From Candidatus Latescibacterota bacterium (lineage in GTDB: Bacteria; Latescibacterota; UBA2968; UBA8231): 64,000 nt of DNA. The stretch covers positions 2,784,001 to 2,848,000 of the forward strand of contig OZ241867.1 in assembly GCA_965203175.1 (NCBI GenBank). The letters are read 5' to 3'. Under the pieces are notes generated by a model. That model had not been told where the DNA came from. It searched no databases and was given only the letters and a program-made list of their open reading frames with translations. Shown piece after piece: positions 55,729 to 64,000 of the stretch. Position 1 is the stretch's first letter. Every line of letters begins with the position of its first letter. A program made the position numbers and the translations under genes.

Positions 55729-56112
55729 ATGGAGCGCGAAGGTGTACCTCTTAGAAGAGTCCGGTGGGTTGGAGATTCTAGAGAACAACTACAGAAGTTT
55801 CCCAGCCAAGTCCGCAAAGATATTGGACATGCGCTCTACCTAGTGCAGACCGGACAAACACCGCCCTCTAGCAAGCCGATGAGAGGACTTGAATCCGGCG
55901 TGTTTGAGATTGTTGATGACTATGATACAAACGCCTACCGTGCTGTTTATACGGTCAAGATCGGTAGGAGCCTTTACGTGCTACATGCGTTTCAGAAGAA
56001 ATCGAAAAGAGGCATCGCTACCCCTAAGAAAGAGATTGACCAAATCAAAAGACGCCTGAGACAAGCTAAAGAGTTGGCTAAGCAGGAGGCAGACTATGGA
56101 CGAAGACATTAA
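55729..56112 (+). CDS. higB: RelE/ParE-superfamily (HigB/Gp49-like) toxin
   Basis: VRWVGDS..L..FP, KPMRG...GVFEI, YRAVY, YVLHAFQKKSK.GIATP..EID.IK.RL. Confidence 0.9.
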   Translation: MEREGVPLRRVRWVGDSREQLQKFPSQVRKDIGHALYLVQTGQTPPSSKPMRGLESGVFEIVDDYDTNAYRAVYTVKIGRSLYVLHAFQKKSKRGIATPKKEIDQIKRRLRQAKELAKQEADYGRRH

Positions 56113-56422
56113 AATCGAACAGAGCAGTGGCAACATTTTTTCGGACTTGGGCTTTAGTGAGGAGGAAGCAAAAGAAGAGTTGCTCAAAGCCCAACTTGGT
56201 GCGGAGATTTTTCGGATTCTCGAACACCGCAAGCTGACTCAGACAAAGGCCTCGCGGATTCTAGAAGTTAAGCAATCGGAAATCTCCCGACTTAAGAGCG
56301 GTAAGTTCTCTTATTACAGTGTCGAACGGCTGATGCGGTTCCTTGAACGCCTCAATTGTGAGGTGAGTATTCATATTGCTTGGCCGGAGAGTGAAGGAAT
56401 CCAAAAGGTTATTGCGATATAG
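56096..56422 (+). CDS. higA: XRE-family HTH antitoxin (HigA-like)
   Basis: SSGNIFSDLG, KAQL, LTQTKASRILEVKQSEISRL (HTH), SVERLMRFL; AGGAGG RBS; overlaps the toxin. Confidence 0.9.
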   Translation: MDEDIKIEQSSGNIFSDLGFSEEEAKEELLKAQLGAEIFRILEHRKLTQTKASRILEVKQSEISRLKSGKFSYYSVERLMRFLERLNCEVSIHIAWPESEGIQKVIAI

Positions 56423-56497
56423 TTAAGTAGTCACTAGCTACAAGCTATTCCTCACCTTTGCCAGCACAGCAGCACTGGCATTTTGGAGGCTCTATCC

Positions 56498-57418
56498 ATG
56501 AACCGCATCGTTTCTCTGTTGCCCAGCAGTACTGAAATCATCTGCGCCCTCGGCTGCGGCGAGCACTTGGTCGGTCGTTCCCATGAGTGCGACTATCCTG
56601 CCGGCGTTGGCGATCTGCCTGTGTGCACGGCTCCCAAATTCGACCCGGACGGGACCTCGTATCAGATCGACCAGCGGGTCAAAGCCATTTTGCAGGAAGC
56701 TACTTCGGTGTACCGGGTGGATGCTGACCTACTCGACGAGTTGGCACCGGATTGGTTGGTGACGCAATCGCAGTGCGAAGTGTGCGCCGTCAGTCTCAAA
56801 GATGTCGAGGAGGCTGCCTGTCAATTGGTGCGCTCGCAGCCTGCCATCCTATCGTTGGAGCCCAATGCCTTGGCCGATGTCTGGGGAGATATCAAGCGGG
56901 TGGCTACGGCGCTAGAAGTGGAGAAGCAAGGTCGCGCCTTGGTAGCCCAATTGCGGGATCGGCTAGACCTGATCGCCGCTCGCACTCGCCATATCGACCC
57001 TCGTCCGCGCATCGCCTGCATCGAGTGGTTCGAGCCGCTGATGGCTGCGGGCAATTGGATTCCCGAATTGGTGGAGATCGCCGGTGGCCAAAACCTCTTC
57101 GCGGCGGCAGGGACGCATTCTCCTTGGCTGTCGTGGGAGGAACTAGTGGAAGCCCAGCCGGAGATTATCGCCTTGATGCCCTGCGGTTTTGATATGTCTC
57201 GCTCTCGACGCGAGTCGCCAGCGCTCACTCAGCATCCGCTGTGGTCTCGGCTGCAAGCCGTGCAGCAAGGGCAGGTGTTCCTCACTGACGGCAATCAGTT
57301 TTTCAACCGCCCAGGGCCACGCTTGGTGGAGTCGGCTGAAATTCTCGCCGAGATTTTCCATCCCCAACACTTCGGCGGCACGCACGAGCATCGGGGCTGG
57401 GAGCGGTGGGAAGCCTGA
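56498..57418 (+). CDS. BtuF-like cobalamin-binding protein (second copy, no obvious signal peptide)
   Basis: GGAGG RBS; RIVSLLPSSTEI, LVGRSHECDYP, TQSQCEVCAV, EWFEPLMAAGNW, DGNQFFNRPGPRLVES. Confidence 0.85.
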   Translation: MNRIVSLLPSSTEIICALGCGEHLVGRSHECDYPAGVGDLPVCTAPKFDPDGTSYQIDQRVKAILQEATSVYRVDADLLDELAPDWLVTQSQCEVCAVSLKDVEEAACQLVRSQPAILSLEPNALADVWGDIKRVATALEVEKQGRALVAQLRDRLDLIAARTRHIDPRPRIACIEWFEPLMAAGNWIPELVEIAGGQNLFAAAGTHSPWLSWEELVEAQPEIIALMPCGFDMSRSRRESPALTQHPLWSRLQAVQQGQVFLTDGNQFFNRPGPRLVESAEILAEIFHPQHFGGTHEHRGWERWEA

Positions 57419-57518
57419 GCGAGCTTGCGGCACGCCCAATAGAACCATTGTGAATTATTGATGTTACGTACGCGCACCTTGGGTATGGGATGCTGTCTCG
57501 CCTGAAGTCGAGGTAAAG

Positions 57519-57548
57519 CGACTCCGCTGCGCTACGCTCAGCATGACA
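57519..57548 (-). repeat. Single REP-like element (TGTCATGCTGAGCG family)
   Basis: Minus strand reads TGTCATGCTGAGCGTAGCGCAGCGGAGTCG, resembling the widespread GTCATCCTGAGCG..GCG extragenic repeat; only one copy in the window. Confidence 0.4.
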
Positions 57549-57563
57549 AGGAAGAAATCGGGG

Positions 57564-58322
57564 ATGACGCTACAGGAGGCCTTACACGAATTGGGGGTGC
57601 GAGACGATACGCTCTCTCAGGCCGAGAAGGCGCACTTGGATAGCGAAGGCTATGTGCTCCTGCCCAATATCCTCTCGGCCACGCAGATCACCTTAATATG
57701 CAGTGCAATGGACGGGGTGTACGCCGCTGAGGGCACGGGGCAAAAGGATGGGCCGGCCGAAAGTAGCTACATGCAGAACAAAACTGCCGGTCTCGACATT
57801 TGCTTTACCCATCCGCGCGTTCTGGCCGCCATCTGTCATGTCTTGGACGGTTGTATCAAGTCCTTCGGCGTTCACGGTCGCCCCCATCCGCCCGACGGAG
57901 AACAGCAGGCCCTGCACGTCGATTACAACGGCCCCGCACCCCATGCAGACCGCTATGCCGTGTGCAACTCGCTGTGGATGTTGACGGAATTCACGCCGGA
58001 AAACGGAGCCACGCGGGTGATTCCCGGCACCCACCGGAGCGGTCAGGACCCCAAAGAGGCGCTGGATGACCCCGCCGCAGACCATCCGCGTCAAAAGCTA
58101 TTGCTCGGCGCGGCTGGCACGGTCGCCGTTTTCAACAGCCATATCTGGCACGGCACTACCCGCAACCGCAGCGCTAGCAGCCGCCCCAGTCTCACCAGTT
58201 TCTTTTGCCGCCGCGACGACCCACACATGGTTTTTTCCAGTGCCCTCAGCCCGGCAGCCGCTCAGCGCTTGCGCCCGGCGGCCCGCTGTCTATTCGCCGA
58301 TCCCGAGCCTTGGACGGGTTAG
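57564..58322 (+). CDS. Phytanoyl-CoA dioxygenase (PhyH) family Fe(II)/2OG oxygenase
   Basis: EGYVLLPNIL, QALHVD (HxD), FTPENGATRVIPGTH, WHGTTRN..R. ORF open from 57543. Confidence 0.9.
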   Translation: MTLQEALHELGVRDDTLSQAEKAHLDSEGYVLLPNILSATQITLICSAMDGVYAAEGTGQKDGPAESSYMQNKTAGLDICFTHPRVLAAICHVLDGCIKSFGVHGRPHPPDGEQQALHVDYNGPAPHADRYAVCNSLWMLTEFTPENGATRVIPGTHRSGQDPKEALDDPAADHPRQKLLLGAAGTVAVFNSHIWHGTTRNRSASSRPSLTSFFCRRDDPHMVFSSALSPAAAQRLRPAARCLFADPEPWTG

Positions 58323-58331
58323 CGAGGCTCC

Positions 58332-59429
58332 TTACCTCGTCGAAAATTTGTGTATTGTAACCGTCCGGTAGGTCTCCCCCGGACGCAACACCACCGACGG
58401 AAAGCCCGGCTGGTTGATCGAGTCGGGATAGTGCTGGGTCTCTAGGCACAGGCCGTGGTACTGATTGTAGATTGTCCCGTCCTTGCCCATCACGCCGTCG
58501 AGGTGAATGGCCGAGTAGAATTGGACTCCCGGTTCGGTAGTGTACAGCTCCATCACCCGTCCGCTCTCCGGTTCGTATACCTCGGCGGCCAGCCCCGGCT
58601 CAGCTCGACCCCCATTGTCGAGCACGTAGTTGTGGTCGTAGCCGCCGATATCTGCGATCTGCCCGATTCGCCCGCCGATGGCGGTTGGTTTGACAAAGTC
58701 GAGGGGGGTGCCAGCGACCGGCAAAATGCGTCCAGTGGGGATTTGGTTGGCGTCCGGTTCGGTATAGTAGCGGGCGTGGAGTGTGAGAATATGCCCGAGC
58801 ACGGGGCCGCTGCCGGCCAAGTTGAAATAGGAATGGTTGGTCAGATTGATCGGCGTAGGCTTGTCCGTGGTCGCCTCGTATGCGATGACTAGTTCGTCGT
58901 CGTGGGTCAAGGTGTACGTCACGCTCGCTGGTACGGTGCCTGGATAACCCTCCTCGCCGTCTTGACTCACGTAGTGTAAGCGCACCGCTGGTCCGCGTTT
59001 GTCGTCCACGACCTCGGCATCCCAGACGACCTTGTCGAAGCCCACGATCCCGCCGTGCAGGTGATTGGGCCCGTTGTTGACGGCGAGCGTGTAATCTTGG
59101 CCATCTATAGAGAACTTGCCGCCGGCAATGCGGTTGGCGACTCGTCCGGTGATACAGCCGAAGTACGGATTTTCCTTCTCGTACTGCTCTAAGTGGTCAA
59201 AGCCTAGTACTACGTCGCCTAGCATTCCGGCGCGATCGCGCACGAGGAGTTCGGTGATGATCCCGCCATAGGTGATAACGCGGGCCATAGTGCCGTGGTC
59301 ATTTTCGAGGGTATAGCGATCGACGGACTGTCCCGCCGCGGTTGTTCCAAAGATGTCTTTGCTCACGTTGGCCTCTCCTGCGGTGGCGGCCAAGGCGACC
59401 GCCAGTACTATTGCGCTGGGCTTTTGCAT
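58332..59429 (-). CDS. galM: Aldose 1-epimerase (galactose mutarotase), with signal peptide
   Basis: AAGGAGG RBS; DVVLGFD, YFGCITGRVANRI, NHLHGG, EEGYPG, NLTNHSYFNL, GYDHNY, CLETQHYPDS. Confidence 0.95.
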   Translation of the reverse strand: MQKPSAIVLAVALAATAGEANVSKDIFGTTAAGQSVDRYTLENDHGTMARVITYGGIITELLVRDRAGMLGDVVLGFDHLEQYEKENPYFGCITGRVANRIAGGKFSIDGQDYTLAVNNGPNHLHGGIVGFDKVVWDAEVVDDKRGPAVRLHYVSQDGEEGYPGTVPASVTYTLTHDDELVIAYEATTDKPTPINLTNHSYFNLAGSGPVLGHILTLHARYYTEPDANQIPTGRILPVAGTPLDFVKPTAIGGRIGQIADIGGYDHNYVLDNGGRAEPGLAAEVYEPESGRVMELYTTEPGVQFYSAIHLDGVMGKDGTIYNQYHGLCLETQHYPDSINQPGFPSVVLRPGETYRTVTIHKFSTR

Positions 59430-59494
59430 GGCCCCTCCTTTGTCGTTGATCTTGCGCGTCCTTTCTGCCGGACGTAACATAGGCATTCCGCATT

Positions 59495-59523
59495 TGCAGG
59501 GGCAACCACGAGCGTTGCCCTGC
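59495..59523 (+). repeat. Degenerate REP related to the 50.0 kb pair
   Basis: GCAGGGGCAACCACGAGCGTTGCCCTGC hairpin shares GGGCAACCAC...GTTGCCC with 50007-50032. Confidence 0.5.
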
Positions 59524-59587
59524 CCTCGTCGAGGGCGCGGCGGCCATGAGCAGGCGTCGTCCCTTAAACTTCCTAGCGAGATACATT

Positions 59588-60580
59588 ATGAAAACGCTTC
59601 TTTTGCTCCTCGCCTTAATTTTTGTCGCCTGTAGTGACGCGCCACAACCGGCGGCCAATCCCCAAGTTGCCTTTGTCACCAATGGCGTTGGTCCCTTTTG
59701 GACCATTGCCGCCAAAGGAGTCGAGGCCGCAGCCGCCGAATTTGCCGCCGACGCCGAGGTGCAAATGCCCGGCGAAGGGGTTGCCGACCAGAAGCGCATC
59801 GTCCAAGCCCTGCTGGCCCGCGGCATCGACGGCATGGCCATAAGCCCCATTGACCCGGACAATCAAACCAATCTGCTCAACGAGGCCGCCGCTCACACCA
59901 ATCTGATCACCCACGACTCGGACGCTCCGAAGAGCAATCGCCTTTGCTTTATTGGCATCGACAACTACTCGGCTGGTCGCGCCTGCGGAGCGCTGGTCAA
60001 AGAAGCCCTGCCCGACGGCGGCAATATCATGATTTTCGTCGGCCGCCTCGAACAGCTCAACGCCCGTCAGCGCCGCCAGGGCCTCATTGATGAACTGCTC
60101 GGTCGCTCCTTTGACCCGACGCGCCACGACCCCAACAGCGGCCCGATCGCCGGCGACCAATACACCATTCTCGACACCCGCACCGACCAGTTCGACTACG
60201 CCAAAGCCAAAGCCCAAGTCGAGGACGCCATTGCCAAGTACCCAGACCTCCACGGCGTCGTCGGCCTATTTGCCTACAATCCGCCGATGTGTCTCGAAGC
60301 CATCAAGGAAGCCGACAAGACCGGCCAGATCCAAATCATCGCCTTTGACGAGGAAGCGCCCACTCTCCAAGGCATCATCGATGGCCACATCTACGGCACG
60401 GTAGTGCAAAACCCGTACCGCTACGGGTACGAGTCGGTGCGCATCCTCGCCGCCCTTGCTCGCGGTGACCGCTCGGTTTTGCCCGAGGGTGGGGTGCTCG
60501 ATGTGCCGGCGCGGTCCATCCGCCGTGACAATGTCGAAGCCTTTTGGGACGAACTGAAAACCCTGACCGGAACTAATTAA
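59588..60580 (+). CDS. Sugar ABC transporter substrate-binding lipoprotein (RbsB-like)
   Basis: FVAC lipobox; FVTN...FWTIA.KG, DGMAISP, ITHDSDAP, IGIDNYSAG, IIAFDE, TVVQNPY. Confidence 0.9.
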   Translation: MKTLLLLLALIFVACSDAPQPAANPQVAFVTNGVGPFWTIAAKGVEAAAAEFAADAEVQMPGEGVADQKRIVQALLARGIDGMAISPIDPDNQTNLLNEAAAHTNLITHDSDAPKSNRLCFIGIDNYSAGRACGALVKEALPDGGNIMIFVGRLEQLNARQRRQGLIDELLGRSFDPTRHDPNSGPIAGDQYTILDTRTDQFDYAKAKAQVEDAIAKYPDLHGVVGLFAYNPPMCLEAIKEADKTGQIQIIAFDEEAPTLQGIIDGHIYGTVVQNPYRYGYESVRILAALARGDRSVLPEGGVLDVPARSIRRDNVEAFWDELKTLTGTN

Positions 60581-62070
60581 TGGCGCTGTTGGCTGCGCGC
60601 GGCATTAGCAAGCGCTTTCCCGGGGTCCTGGCCCTCGACGCGGTGGATATGGCGGTGGAGGCAGGAGAAGTTCTCGCTGTCATCGGCGAAAATGGGGCTG
60701 GCAAATCCACCCTGATGAAAATTCTCGCTGGTATTGAGACCCCGGACAGCGGCCAGATTGTGCGCGATGGGGAGTCGGTGATCATCGACTCGCCGCGCCG
60801 CGCCGCTGCGCTCGGCATCGCCCTGATCCATCAAGAACTCAACTTTTGCGCCAATCTTTCGGTTGCCGCCAATCTCTACCTTGGCCGCGAGCCTCAGCAG
60901 TGGGGGATGATCGACCGCGCCACCATTCGCGAAGGAGCTGTCCAAGCCCTCGCGCAACTGGGGATTGAGGTGTCGCCGGACACCCTGATGGGTGACTTGC
61001 CCATTGGCCATCAGCAGCTCGTCGAAATTGCTAAGGCGCTGTCGACCGAGGCGCGGGTGCTAATTATGGACGAGCCGACCTCCAGCCTCACCAACCAAGA
61101 GGCCGAGGCTCTATTCGCGGTTATTAACGAGTTGCGCGAGCGCGGCGTGGCCATCATCTATATCTCCCACCGCCTCGGCGAGGTCGAAGCGTTAGCGGAT
61201 CGCGTCTTGGTCCTCTGCGACGGGCAAAACGCTGGCGAGCTGGATCGAGCGGAGATCAGCCACGACGCTATGGTGGCGAAGATGGTCGGCCGCGACGTGG
61301 CTCAGTACTACGCGCACGAACCCCATCCAGCCGGCGACATCGCCCTGCAAGCCGAGGACTTGGTCATCCCTGCTTGGCCTGATCACCGGCTCAACTTTGC
61401 GGTCCGACGCGGTCAGCTCGTCGGCATCGCCGGTCTCGTCGGCGCGGGGCGCACCGAGCTGTTGCAGGTGCTCTTTGGCATCGTTCCCGCGCTCGGTGGC
61501 CGCGTCCTTATCGACGGCGCTCCGCACGTGATTCGCTCACCGGTCGATGCCATTCGCGCTGGCTTGGCCCTCGTGCCCGAAGACCGCAAGCAACAGGGCC
61601 TGATCCTCGAAATGGCCCTGAGCGACAACATCGGCCTGCCCGGCTTGGGGCGCTACCAGCGCGTTGCTGGTTGGGCCAATTTTGCCCGCCAAGCCGCGGA
61701 CGCCGATCAGATGATCGAACGCCTCGCCATCCGCACTCCCGGCCCGACCCAAATCGTCCAGTACCTATCCGGCGGCAACCAGCAAAAGGTGGTGCTGGGC
61801 AAGTGGCTGGCGCTCGCGCCTCGCGTGTTGCTACTCGACGAACCAACTCGCGGCATCGACGTGGGGGCCAAGCAAGCGATTTACCACCTGATGGAAGAGT
61901 TGGCCGCCAGTGGCGTGGCCGTGCTGTTTGCGTCGAGTGAGTTGGAGGAAATTCTGGGGATGGCCGATGAGGTGTTGGTCATGCACGAAGGCCGCATTAC
62001 CGGCCAACTCCAGCGAGATGCTCTCAGTGAGGAAGTGATTATGCACTTGGCGACGGGGAAGGCGGCTTAG
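60580..62070 (+). CDS. Sugar ABC transporter ATP-binding protein (RbsA-like, two ABC domains)
   Basis: [56 protein letters not shown]. Confidence 0.95.
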   Translation: MALLAARGISKRFPGVLALDAVDMAVEAGEVLAVIGENGAGKSTLMKILAGIETPDSGQIVRDGESVIIDSPRRAAALGIALIHQELNFCANLSVAANLYLGREPQQWGMIDRATIREGAVQALAQLGIEVSPDTLMGDLPIGHQQLVEIAKALSTEARVLIMDEPTSSLTNQEAEALFAVINELRERGVAIIYISHRLGEVEALADRVLVLCDGQNAGELDRAEISHDAMVAKMVGRDVAQYYAHEPHPAGDIALQAEDLVIPAWPDHRLNFAVRRGQLVGIAGLVGAGRTELLQVLFGIVPALGGRVLIDGAPHVIRSPVDAIRAGLALVPEDRKQQGLILEMALSDNIGLPGLGRYQRVAGWANFARQAADADQMIERLAIRTPGPTQIVQYLSGGNQQKVVLGKWLALAPRVLLLDEPTRGIDVGAKQAIYHLMEELAASGVAVLFASSELEEILGMADEVLVMHEGRITGQLQRDALSEEVIMHLATGKAA

Positions 62071-62073
62071 AAG

Positions 62074-63042
62074 ATGAAGAAGATACTGGGTATCCTCGGC
62101 TTGTTACTGGCGATTTTTGTGGTCACTTGGATCGTCGAACCCAAGTTTGTCAGCGCCTATAACCTGCAAAACATCATCCGCTGGACCTCGCTATTTGGCA
62201 TTATTTCCATTGGCGTGGCCTTTGTCATCATCACGGGCGGTATTGACTTGTCGATTGGTTCGTTGATCGGCTTGGTGGGTTGTCTGCTGCCCATGCTCTT
62301 GGCCGCTGGATATTCGCCGGCCATTGCGCTGTTGGCCGTCGTGGTTTTGTCGTTGGCCATTGGGTTGATGCACGGCTTGCTGATCACGCGTCTGGGGCTG
62401 CAGCCGTTTGTCGTTACTCTGTGCGGTCTGCTGTTCTACCGCGGCTTTGCCCGCTGGCTCACCCATGACCAAGTCCAGGGCTTTGGCTCGTCCTACGAGG
62501 GCCTGCGCCAGTTGGCGATTGGCAAGGTCTCGCTGGGCGGCGGTTTTGCACTGCCGATTCCGTTTTTCCTCTTATTGCTTGCCGGGGGTCTCGCCGCCCT
62601 CTTCCTCAACCGCACGATATGGGGCCGCTACCTGTTGGCACTGGGCCGCAACGAGACCGCTGCACGGTATAGCGGCATCCAAATTGAGCGGATGAAAGTG
62701 TTGGCGTACGTCTTGTGCTCAGGCACCGCTGGCTTGGGGGGCATCCTCTTTGCCCTCGACGTCAACTCAGTGCAACCGGCTGCGCACGGCAATTTCTACG
62801 AACTGTACGCGATTGCCGCGGCCGTGTTGGGGGGCTGTTCCCTGCGCGGCGGCGAGGGGTCGATTTTGGGAGTCGTCATTGGTGCGGCCGTCATGCGGTT
62901 GCTCTACAATGCCATCAATGTCTCGGGCATCCCCACTCAACTCGAATTTGCCATTATCGGCGCGGTGATTTTGGCGGGGGTTATCGCCGACGAGTTGATC
63001 CGCCGCGTGGCGAGTAGGAGACGAGCGGGTCGAGGAGATTAA
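62074..63042 (+). CDS. Sugar ABC transporter permease (RbsC-like)
   Basis: FVIITGGIDLSIGS, PFVVTL, GRNETAARYSG, YELYAIAAAVLGGCSL.GG.G. Confidence 0.95.
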   Translation: MKKILGILGLLLAIFVVTWIVEPKFVSAYNLQNIIRWTSLFGIISIGVAFVIITGGIDLSIGSLIGLVGCLLPMLLAAGYSPAIALLAVVVLSLAIGLMHGLLITRLGLQPFVVTLCGLLFYRGFARWLTHDQVQGFGSSYEGLRQLAIGKVSLGGGFALPIPFFLLLLAGGLAALFLNRTIWGRYLLALGRNETAARYSGIQIERMKVLAYVLCSGTAGLGGILFALDVNSVQPAAHGNFYELYAIAAAVLGGCSLRGGEGSILGVVIGAAVMRLLYNAINVSGIPTQLEFAIIGAVILAGVIADELIRRVASRRRAGRGD

Positions 63043-63062
63043 TTTCGCAGGGAGATAGGACA

Positions 63063-64000
63063 ATGGAACAAAAAAAATATCGCGCTGGCGTCATTGGCTT
63101 GGGGTGGATGGGGTTTCTCTACGACTTGGGGAAGCGGGATTACGAGCGCATCGGCGGGTCGCACAAAAACCCCATATACGATGTCGAAAGCGCCGACCGG
63201 CCCCTGCCGGATGGACTCGATATCAACCGGACGTTTCACCTCTACGATCACCCTGGGAGGGAGGGGCTGGGTTCTTCGTATTCTGCGGCTCTTTCCGACC
63301 GGCCCGAAGTGGAATTAGTGGCTGGGGCCGACCGGGATCCGCGGCGACGGGCTATGTTCGGGGAGCGCTTCGGCATTGAGGCCTTGTACGCGGACGCGCT
63401 GGAGATGTTGAACGAAGAGGGGCTGGACATCGTGGCGATTGCGACGAACACGAAGGGGCGGTCTGCGCTGACGGTGGCAGCGGTCGACGCTGGGGTGCGG
63501 GGCGTGTTGGTAGATAAGCCGATGGTGTTCTCGCTGGCCGAAGCCGACGCCATGGTCGGCGCGTGCGCCGAGGCTGGAGTGCCGCTGGTGGGTGGGGCGA
63601 CGAGCGTTTCGCATCCGTCGTTTGCGCGGGCCAAGTCGCTGGTGGAGGAGGGGGCGATTGGGGAAGTGCGGTCGCTCGAAGCGCGCGTCCCGGTTTTCGC
63701 TCAGCATCAGGACTGGAGCTACTTTTTGACCAGCGACCCAATTTGGGTGTGCGGCACGGGCGATCAGCCGCGTCGGGAGCGCGGCAGCACTGAATTCATG
63801 GGGCAGGGGATGATCGCGTGCAGCGATGGCACGGTGGTCCACATCCGCGCTGGCGCGCCCGAGGTGCGGATTTCGGGGAGTCGGGGGGAGATGTTTTTTG
63901 AGCACAATCAGTGGCGGCTCTATCAAGACGTGGAAACCCCAACTGCTGGACGGGCGGAAATGCCGTGGCCCGCGCCGCAGTTTTTGTCGGGCATGCGGAC
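63063..64000 (+). CDS. Gfo/Idh/MocA family oxidoreductase, truncated by window edge
   Basis: Not in the ORF track. Manual translation from ATG 63063 (GGAG RBS): MEQKKYRAGVIGLGWMG...ELVAGAD...LDIVAIAT...VLVDKPM..SLAEADAMV...GAIGEV, open to the window end. Confidence 0.88.
   Translation, partial: MEQKKYRAGVIGLGWMGFLYDLGKRDYERIGGSHKNPIYDVESADRPLPDGLDINRTFHLYDHPGREGLGSSYSAALSDRPEVELVAGADRDPRRRAMFGERFGIEALYADALEMLNEEGLDIVAIATNTKGRSALTVAAVDAGVRGVLVDKPMVFSLAEADAMVGACAEAGVPLVGGATSVSHPSFARAKSLVEEGAIGEVRSLEARVPVFAQHQDWSYFLTSDPIWVCGTGDQPRRERGSTEFMGQGMIACSDGTVVHIRAGAPEVRISGSRGEMFFEHNQWRLYQDVETPTAGRAEMPWPAPQFLSGMR

Noticed and set aside
45200-56480. Integrative element or genomic island bounded by the two TA modules
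   Set aside because: No integrase, transposase, tRNA target or flanking direct repeats found; the btu genes look compositionally native by eye.
63070-63077. A8 tract near the oxidoreductase start as a phase-variation or frameshift site
   Set aside because: The frame is intact (CAA AAA AAA TAT), and A-rich Lys codons near starts are common; no evidence of slippage.
63039-63926. Short ORFs at the window end
   Set aside because: Explained by the edge-truncated plus-strand Gfo/Idh/MocA gene starting at 63063.

Overview
Gene-dense, GC-rich bacterial DNA from a diderm organism. The FlgD/T9SS-like C-terminal domains, a PorV/PorQ-like barrel, a 'TAVEE-xSWGxVK' tail and many TPR/NHL/FG-GAP proteins suggest an FCB-group candidate phylum such as Latescibacterota; this is inference, as no marker gene is present. 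I saw no rRNA, tRNA, CRISPR array, transposase or integrase. The window has six blocks: (1) 1-7.2 kb, TPR, FG-GAP/UnbV, HEAT, DUF4159 and FlgT-like envelope genes; (2) 7.4-25.8 kb, a co-directional trans-envelope cluster; (3) 25.8-39.4 kb, two OPT-like/DUF6785-type membrane proteins and a 1535-aa pseudo-M28/FtsX fusion, interleaved with surface lipoproteins and an alpha carbonic anhydrase; (4) 39.4-45.2 kb, manA, an SDR, acs and a glycogen debranching enzyme; (5) 45.3-57.4 kb, a cobalamin-riboswitch-controlled B12 uptake operon with two toxin-antitoxin modules and a variant GH32; (6) 57.5-64 kb, PhyH, galM, a sugar ABC transporter and an oxidoreductase. Block 2 is the best candidate for an undescribed system. 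It encodes two paralogous ~1000-aa Phe-terminated proteins with Asp-rich Ca-binding-like segments, two paralogous lipoproteins, a CTD protein paired with a PorV-like barrel, a 1090-aa TPR protein, ExbB with two ExbD (one lacking the conserved proton-carrying Asp) and a PPIase, but no recognisable TonB or TonB-dependent receptor. Block 3 is the second candidate. All family calls come from motif recognition by eye, not database searches.
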